A program made the position numbers and the translations under genes. This document shows, piece after piece, positions 58,306 through 64,000 of a DNA stretch of 64,000 bases. The stretch is taken from positions 134,863-198,862 of the forward strand of contig JACRGD010000007.1 of assembly GCA_016212525.1 (NCBI GenBank), written 5' to 3'. The stretch comes from Candidatus Micrarchaeota archaeon. Lineage in GTDB: Archaea; Micrarchaeota; Micrarchaeia; Anstonellales; Bilamarchaeaceae. The stretch's first letter is position 1, and each line of letters begins with the position of its first letter. Below the pieces are notes generated by a model. That model was not told the DNA's origin, ran no database searches, and saw only the letters and a list, made by a program, of their open reading frames with translations.

Positions 58306-59103
58306 TCAAAATTGTTCGGTTCGCCACTGGCGGTGCGTGCAGTCGGGCAGATTAAGAAAGAGCACAGTCGAGGTCGTACCAAAAGTCGGATTGTTAAACG
58401 CCTGATGATAGAAGACATAGCCTTCCCTGCTAAGTTCAACTAGAGCATGAACGATACCAGGGAATCCATCTTTCATATAATCATCAAATGCAATTATACC
58501 ACCCTCTGCCATTAGTGGCAGGAGAGTACGAAAGGGTACCAAAATACCTTCAGTTGTGTGTGCAGCATCAACATAGGCAAAATCAACCAGACGACCCGCG
58601 AGTGCTTTGCGTAACCGGGCTCGAAGCATCTGCGGACTGGTACAATCTGCATAAGTCTGCGTGATTCCAAGCTCAGCTTCCCGGCCGTGAAATAACTCGC
58701 CGATTTGGTCGCGAGTTCGCAAGTATTCATAATCAGGACCAGAATTAGGAGATTTTCGTACCAGATCAGAGGGATAATCACAAGTTATCACCGGAGCGCC
58801 GGTGGCTTGGGCCAGAGCAATTGTAGATCGACCCCTAAATGTCCCGATTTCAACACTAAGCGCAGGCTCAAGCCAGGCTGCAACTCGTAATAAGAAATCT
58901 AAATTACCTGGATTCGTATCGCCCCTAATATGAGGTGTTAGAGCAGAAGAGGTAAGAGGAGCGACAGAAGAAAAACCAGGAAATAATCGATCCAAATCAG
59001 CTTCGAGTACTTTGGCAGGACCGGGATTTCGAACCCATCTTCTAGGATCCTGACCAGGATGTACTGCCAAGTCTCTTGGATGAACAAAATGAACGCTTTT
59101 CAT
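58306..59103 (-). CDS. Class I SAM-dependent methyltransferase (Methyltransf_24-like)
   Basis: SVEIGTFRGRST, DFAYVDAAHT and GGIIAFDDY. Confidence 0.88.
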   Translation of the reverse strand: MKSVHFVHPRDLAVHPGQDPRRWVRNPGPAKVLEADLDRLFPGFSSVAPLTSSALTPHIRGDTNPGNLDFLLRVAAWLEPALSVEIGTFRGRSTIALAQATGAPVITCDYPSDLVRKSPNSGPDYEYLRTRDQIGELFHGREAELGITQTYADCTSPQMLRARLRKALAGRLVDFAYVDAAHTTEGILVPFRTLLPLMAEGGIIAFDDYMKDGFPGIVHALVELSREGYVFYHQAFNNPTFGTTSTVLFLNLPDCTHRQWRTEQF

Positions 59104-59225
59104 TATAATTTCAATAGAGAGCACATAATAAAAAGACAATTACCACATGAAAACAAAATCTCGAATAGGATTCTGATTTACTATAGTTTTATATATTCTG
59201 GAGAAAAGACATATCTGCGGGAAAA

Positions 59226-60662
59226 ATGAAGCTTGATTATCTACTTTCAAAGGAACTGGCGCGACGAATGATACTTGTCCATCCGCCAGAACCACGAAAG
59301 GAAATGCTAATTAGTCCTCCGTCCGAGGGAGTCTATATCGGCAAGACCAGATTTCTTAGAACCCCTGTTTTCTGGAACCCAACCAAACTAATCAATCCAC
59401 ATGTTGCGATAATGGGCATTACCGGATCGGGTAAGAGTTATCTGGTCAAAACATTCCTAACTAGAGCCTCGCTTATCTGGAACAGCAACGCGATCATAAT
59501 CGACTGGGTTGGGGAGTACGAAAAATGGGTCAAACAGGCAGGCGGACGAGTCATCAATCTGGCCAAAGAACGATTGAACATACTTGATTTAGTCGGCCTT
59601 CCAAAAACCAGCAGGATTAAGCAGATAGTCTCTGCGCTTGATATTCTGGCCGATCTTAAGAGCTATCCGAACGAACGGGATGAGATTGAAGAGGCGCTTG
59701 AGCAAATCTACGAGAACTATGACGGCAAAAAGACACTTAAGGAAGTCGCCGAGCTGCTTGAGAGCAGAAACAAAAAGAAAGCTGCAAGACTGCTCCGGCG
59801 ATTCACAACCGAGGGAACAGACTTCTTCTCAGGAACAACTACAATGGACATAAAGAAGCTCACGACTAGTGGTCTTGTCTGTATTGACTTGCATGAACTA
59901 CCGACAGAAGAGATGCGAAGCCTTGCAGGACTGACAATACTCCAGTACATCAAAGAACTCATGCGCCTTGAGGGCATGAAAAAGGATAATAGCAAAGTTC
60001 GGCTGTTCGTCGTTTTGGATGAAGCATGGAAAATCGCCCAGGATGAACGAAGCGATGTCATTACAATAGTTCGAGAAGGACGTAAATACAACTTTTCGCT
60101 CGTCATAGCCACGCAGAACCCCACAGACATGCATAAGACGATATTTAGCAATATTGGAACAGTCTTTGTTCTAAGACTTGTGCTCAAGGAGTTTAGGGAT
60201 TATGTCCGAAATTCGATCGGATATTCGGAATTTATCGATGATGAAATATCACGCTTCGGTGTCGGAGATGCAGCGATAAACATGATATTTGCCCAAAGAC
60301 AGGCAAAGGTCATGACATTTCTTATGGACAAGATCGATGGCGAGGAGCCATTATTTACATATACTATTAAAGGTGGAGAGATGGATGTTGAAATCGAACG
60401 GGAGCAGTTTGTCCGAATGCTCTATGAACTGGGCCTCAATGAGAGCCAGCTGAGCATAGTAAAAACTGAATTCGAAAAGAAAGACGGAACATTGGATGGC
60501 GAGGCGCTCGTAGCTGTTTTAGAGAAGTTTGGCTACTCGAGATCTTCGATCATATCGTTCCTTAGGCAATTAGGCATAGATGAGAAGAATCTCATCAGAG
60601 TCTTTTCGCTGCTAAAGATGCGAAAAGCTACAAAAGGCGTAGTAAACCTGGTTTTAAGATGA
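59226..60662 (+). CDS. VirB4/HerA-like (DUF87) P-loop ATPase
   Basis: NPHVAIMGITGSGKS, IIIDWVGEY, VVLDEAW and REGRKYNFSLVIATQNP. Confidence 0.9.
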   Translation: MKLDYLLSKELARRMILVHPPEPRKEMLISPPSEGVYIGKTRFLRTPVFWNPTKLINPHVAIMGITGSGKSYLVKTFLTRASLIWNSNAIIIDWVGEYEKWVKQAGGRVINLAKERLNILDLVGLPKTSRIKQIVSALDILADLKSYPNERDEIEEALEQIYENYDGKKTLKEVAELLESRNKKKAARLLRRFTTEGTDFFSGTTTMDIKKLTTSGLVCIDLHELPTEEMRSLAGLTILQYIKELMRLEGMKKDNSKVRLFVVLDEAWKIAQDERSDVITIVREGRKYNFSLVIATQNPTDMHKTIFSNIGTVFVLRLVLKEFRDYVRNSIGYSEFIDDEISRFGVGDAAINMIFAQRQAKVMTFLMDKIDGEEPLFTYTIKGGEMDVEIEREQFVRMLYELGLNESQLSIVKTEFEKKDGTLDGEALVAVLEKFGYSRSSIISFLRQLGIDEKNLIRVFSLLKMRKATKGVVNLVLR

Positions 60663-61360
60663 AGGAGGGAAAAATAAGAGTTGAAGCCAAACGGCGCAAA
60701 GATTTGAAAAACATAGTTGCACTTCTGCAAGACCTGGGCTACAGCAGCATCGAAACCAAAGGAGAATCAGTCACGATACAAAAGCTCAAGGGCGAAGACC
60801 TAAAGGGCAAACCGCTCCTTGATTATAGGGTCGAGCTGAAAAACGAATCAGTAGTACTTACATATATAGTATATGAGGGACGAACGAAACTATCAAGAGT
60901 CCTGGAAGTCTTACCTCCATTTCTAGACATACTCAACCTACTTGAAGACAATTATGAACTTAAGCCATTTGCAATCTTCCAGGAGATTAGCATCATCATA
61001 AAAGAACTTACAAAAATGGTCGATCGCGAAGCCATTGAATTCTCAGCACAGCTCTCGGAACTTGGAGAGCGCCACCAGGACCTTAAGAATAAATACGAAG
61101 ATTTGGTCCGCTCAAGCGAGGCGAATAGTCGCATACTCCTTGAATACGAACACAAAAACGAGGAACTTGAAAAGCGCATCACGCAGCTACGGAAGGTAAG
61201 CGATGAGAGCCTGCGCGAAATGTTATATGACTGGATTAGAATTCATGGCGGTTCAATAGACGTACGCGAGTTCTCAAAAGCCAATCAAGTACCCTTTGGA
61301 CGGGTCGAAGAAGGACTCAACATGCTCATTGGAAACGGCATAATAAGAAGGCGAACATAA
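60659..61360 (+). CDS. Coiled-coil protein with C-terminal winged-helix-like domain
   Basis: ATGA overlap with the ATPase; heptad region; GGSIDVREFSKANQV..VEEGLNMLIGNGIIRR. Confidence 0.75.
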   Translation: MKEGKIRVEAKRRKDLKNIVALLQDLGYSSIETKGESVTIQKLKGEDLKGKPLLDYRVELKNESVVLTYIVYEGRTKLSRVLEVLPPFLDILNLLEDNYELKPFAIFQEISIIIKELTKMVDREAIEFSAQLSELGERHQDLKNKYEDLVRSSEANSRILLEYEHKNEELEKRITQLRKVSDESLREMLYDWIRIHGGSIDVREFSKANQVPFGRVEEGLNMLIGNGIIRRRT

Positions 61361-61518
61361 TGGCAGGTGAAAGTGAGAAGACTCGAGGGAAAAACGAAGA
61401 CAGATACGAGTTTGAAATAGTAAAAAAACTCAATTCTGAAAGAAGATATTTAATCCAAAAACCCCTAAAGACAACAATGACTGATTTCCTCTTTGAAATA
61501 TTCTTAAAGAAGAGATAG
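61360..61518 (+). CDS. Small hypothetical protein (52 aa)
   Basis: Manual translation MAGESEKTRGKNEDRYEFEIVKKLNSERRYLIQKPLKTTMTDFLFEIFLKKR; TAATG stop-start coupling. Confidence 0.55.
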   Translation: MAGESEKTRGKNEDRYEFEIVKKLNSERRYLIQKPLKTTMTDFLFEIFLKKR

Positions 61519-61552
61519 AGACCGACAAGATTCACACTAAATGAGGGATAAA

Positions 61553-62848
61553 ATGAAGATTCTAATTATTGGATCAGGAGCCAGAGAGCATGCGATCATA
61601 AAGAGACTCGCGCAAGATTCACAAGTTTACTGTGTAATGCCTAAGAAAAACCCGGGCATAGTAAAGCTTTGCAAAAAGATATTTCTTGCAGACATAGAAA
61701 ACCCCCTGGCAGTAACAGATGCCATTAAAGGCGAAACATTCGATCTGGCGTTCGCAAGCCCAGATGCAGTATTGGCAGCAGGAGTAAGCGACGCTCTAAT
61801 TCATGAGGGAATCAAAGTCGCATCCCCGACAAAAGCAGCAGCCCGGATCGAATGGGACAAGAGTCACATGCGCAAGCTAACTGAAAAATACTCGATCAAA
61901 GGCAGGATAAAATTCCGACTCGTAAAAACAGAAAAGGAAGCAAGAGAGACCATTGAGGAGTTCGGTGAAGTTGCAATAAAACCCCTTGGACTAACCGGCG
62001 GAAAGGGAGTCAAAGTAAGTGGAGATCATTTCCAGAGAATCGAGGAAGGGATGGAGTATGTTCACTCACTCCTCCAGAAAGATAAAATCGCACTTATAGA
62101 AGAAAAAGTAGAGGGTGAAGAGTTTTCACTCATGTGTTTTAGCGATGGAAAAACAATTGCGCCCATGCCTCCAGTTCAGGATCATAAAAGGGCGTTTTTA
62201 GCGGACACTGGACCCAATACAGGGGGAATGGGCAGTTACTCAACTGGAGCGATTCTTCCGTTTCTGGAGCAGAGCGACATAGACGAAGCACACGAAATAT
62301 TGCAAAGGACAATAGATGCTATGGCAAACGAAGGGACACCGTTTAAGGGAGTTCTCTATGGCCAGTTTATGGCAACAAAAAAAGGCATAAGGATAATCGA
62401 ATTCAATGCCAGATTTGCAGACCCGGAATCCATGAATGTCCTCGCATTACTTGAGGGCTCGCTTAGCCAGATACTCATGAGCATCGCAGAGGGCAAATTA
62501 ATCAAGGCAAAATTCTCAAACGACGCAACAGTCGTAAAATATCTCGTTCCAAATGGATACCCGGACAAACCACTAAAGGACCAGGAAGTCAAAATAGACG
62601 AAGCGGCAGCAAAAAAACAGGGCGCAGAAATCTATTTCGCATCAGTATATGAGAAAGACAATAAGACATATCTTGGCGGATCGCGAACGTTTGGAATCCT
62701 AGGAAGAGGAAAAACGCTTGATGAAGCAGAGCGGATCGCAGAAGAAGGCTGTGGATTTGGAAAAGGACCAATCTGGCATCGAAAGGACATAGGAACCAAA
62801 AAACTAGTTCAAAAGCGAATCGATCACATGCGGAGAATCCGGTCCTGA
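61553..62848 (+). CDS. purD: Phosphoribosylamine--glycine ligase
   Basis: ILIIGSGAREHA, GLTGGKGV, QDHKRAF..DTGPNTGGMG and IEFNARFADPE. Confidence 0.97.
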   Translation: MKILIIGSGAREHAIIKRLAQDSQVYCVMPKKNPGIVKLCKKIFLADIENPLAVTDAIKGETFDLAFASPDAVLAAGVSDALIHEGIKVASPTKAAARIEWDKSHMRKLTEKYSIKGRIKFRLVKTEKEARETIEEFGEVAIKPLGLTGGKGVKVSGDHFQRIEEGMEYVHSLLQKDKIALIEEKVEGEEFSLMCFSDGKTIAPMPPVQDHKRAFLADTGPNTGGMGSYSTGAILPFLEQSDIDEAHEILQRTIDAMANEGTPFKGVLYGQFMATKKGIRIIEFNARFADPESMNVLALLEGSLSQILMSIAEGKLIKAKFSNDATVVKYLVPNGYPDKPLKDQEVKIDEAAAKKQGAEIYFASVYEKDNKTYLGGSRTFGILGRGKTLDEAERIAEEGCGFGKGPIWHRKDIGTKKLVQKRIDHMRRIRS

Positions 62849-64000
62849 TGAAACCGATCGTTTTGATACTCGCGATCATCTTTCTTGTTGTAAGCTCAAT
62901 AAGCGGGACAGGGAACTATTATGGGCAGTCAAAGATATCGATCGAGCGCGGATGGATAATTGGAAGCCAAAGTCCGGGCCAGGTCGAATTAAACGGAACA
63001 CTCATCAGCGAAAGTGAGAATCAGAAAATATTAAATTTAACCCTAGATACAAGATGGGTTCTAGCTCAGGATCCGCAAACAGGCGAACTAAAGTTCACGT
63101 ATTTGGGCGAGATAAAGGAAGGCGAGAACAGATATGACACTGATTCAATAGTGGAAATAAAATACGAACCCAAAATATTCCAAGACTCGCCAGCACCCCC
63201 ACTTCCAGTAAAGCTAGATAACGAACGGGAGCTGATAATTCCGGATTCGCAGATAGCAGAAACAGCCCATGACCTTAGGATCGAAAATTCCTCATTAAAT
63301 ACGATAAGAAACATAACCGATTATGTCAATAAGTACGTCCAGTACGATATAGAATACTGGGGAAAGAGCCTAAGTGCACAGAAAGTTTATCAGATCAAAA
63401 AAGGAGTATGCGTCGAATATACACATCTTTTGATCTCGATGCTAGAGAGTGAGGGGTATGAAACAAGATACATATCAGGGTATGTAAAATCCCAGATCTG
63501 GCAGCCTCATGCGTGGGCAGAGGTCAAACTACCAACCGGAGAATGGATAATGGTCGATCCTACATTTGGAGAAATAGGAACTCTGGATAATACACACATA
63601 GCAATCGGAAGCGCGAGAGACCAGAGTGACATATATGACAGCTTGCTTTCCTACAATGATGCCACTATAAATAGAACAAAGGAAAAAATAACGATTCTCG
63701 AGAGCGAAAAATCAGACCCAAAAGTCGATCTCGATATAGCATACGATTCTCAAAAACAGAGGGCAAATATTACAATCACAAACAATGAGGGAATATATAA
63801 GTTCGGAAGCTACAGTTACACCGCACACGACGTACTTCGATCAGAAATAATACTTCTTGCACCATATGAAAAGAGAATCCTGATCGAACAGATAAATCAG
63901 ACTATGCTCCCAAAAGGGTTCACATATCTTCTGAAGATAAAAGCCCAGTTTAACGATAAGGGAGAAAATAAAGAACTTAGATTGGATTTGCCAAAAGAGA
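62848..64000 (+). CDS. Secreted transglutaminase-like domain protein; truncated by the window's right edge
   Basis: TGATG overlap with purD; signal MKPIVLILAIIFLVVSS; GVCVEYTHL, PHAWAEV and WIMVDPTFG Cys-His-Asp triad. Confidence 0.85.
   Translation, partial: MKPIVLILAIIFLVVSSISGTGNYYGQSKISIERGWIIGSQSPGQVELNGTLISESENQKILNLTLDTRWVLAQDPQTGELKFTYLGEIKEGENRYDTDSIVEIKYEPKIFQDSPAPPLPVKLDNERELIIPDSQIAETAHDLRIENSSLNTIRNITDYVNKYVQYDIEYWGKSLSAQKVYQIKKGVCVEYTHLLISMLESEGYETRYISGYVKSQIWQPHAWAEVKLPTGEWIMVDPTFGEIGTLDNTHIAIGSARDQSDIYDSLLSYNDATINRTKEKITILESEKSDPKVDLDIAYDSQKQRANITITNNEGIYKFGSYSYTAHDVLRSEIILLAPYEKRILIEQINQTMLPKGFTYLLKIKAQFNDKGENKELRLDLPKE

Noticed and set aside
8641-63314. Numerous 60-170-aa antisense or nested ORFs inside well-supported genes (e.g. 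8641-9171, 22359-22742, 57798-58256, 59717-60187, 63066-63314)
   Set aside because: They lie wholly within confidently assigned genes, lack motifs, and are expected by chance.
1-64000. Stop-codon reassignment, inteins or programmed frameshifts
   Set aside because: Recognised genes are full-length under the standard code with all three stops in use; no intein-sized insertions in RadA, LonB or ValS.

Overview
Archaeal chromosomal window. TATA-type promoters, GAGGTG Shine-Dalgarno sites, RadA, LonB, aIF2-alpha, Nop10, GINS, L44e/S27e, Rpo7/Spt4 and a Methanococcus-type S-layer establish the domain. Compact gene packing and many Cys-rich secreted orphans suggest a DPANN lineage, probably Micrarchaeota-like (inference). 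A housekeeping backbone (valS, radA, lonB, rnz, purD, guaA, glmM, ino1, corA and the GINS-L44e-S27e-aIF2a-Nop10-PAC2 operon) is interrupted by single orphan or bacterial-type genes, including a Hanks kinase, a sigma54-type enhancer-binding AAA+ protein, an 822-aa Pro-rich protein, a TPR-transglutaminase and a methyltransferase. Features read by eye that the ORF track lacks: three tRNAs (Gln-CUG, Gln-UUG, intron-containing Val-CAC), a very short (~237 nt) RNase P RNA, Nop10, a Cys-less S27e, two more small ORFs, an edge-truncated SF2 helicase with membrane segments and an edge-truncated transglutaminase. Best leads: a split VirB4-like ATPase module, the enhancer-binding protein in an organism type lacking sigma54, a helicase-TM plus tandem PsbP-like pair, a C/D-box-like RNA with alternative folds, a TA islet at the tRNA-Val 3' end, and a GCGAAGC-rich dispersed repeat family. 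No CRISPR array, rRNA, integrase or transposase was seen. All protein family calls come from motif recognition, not database searches.
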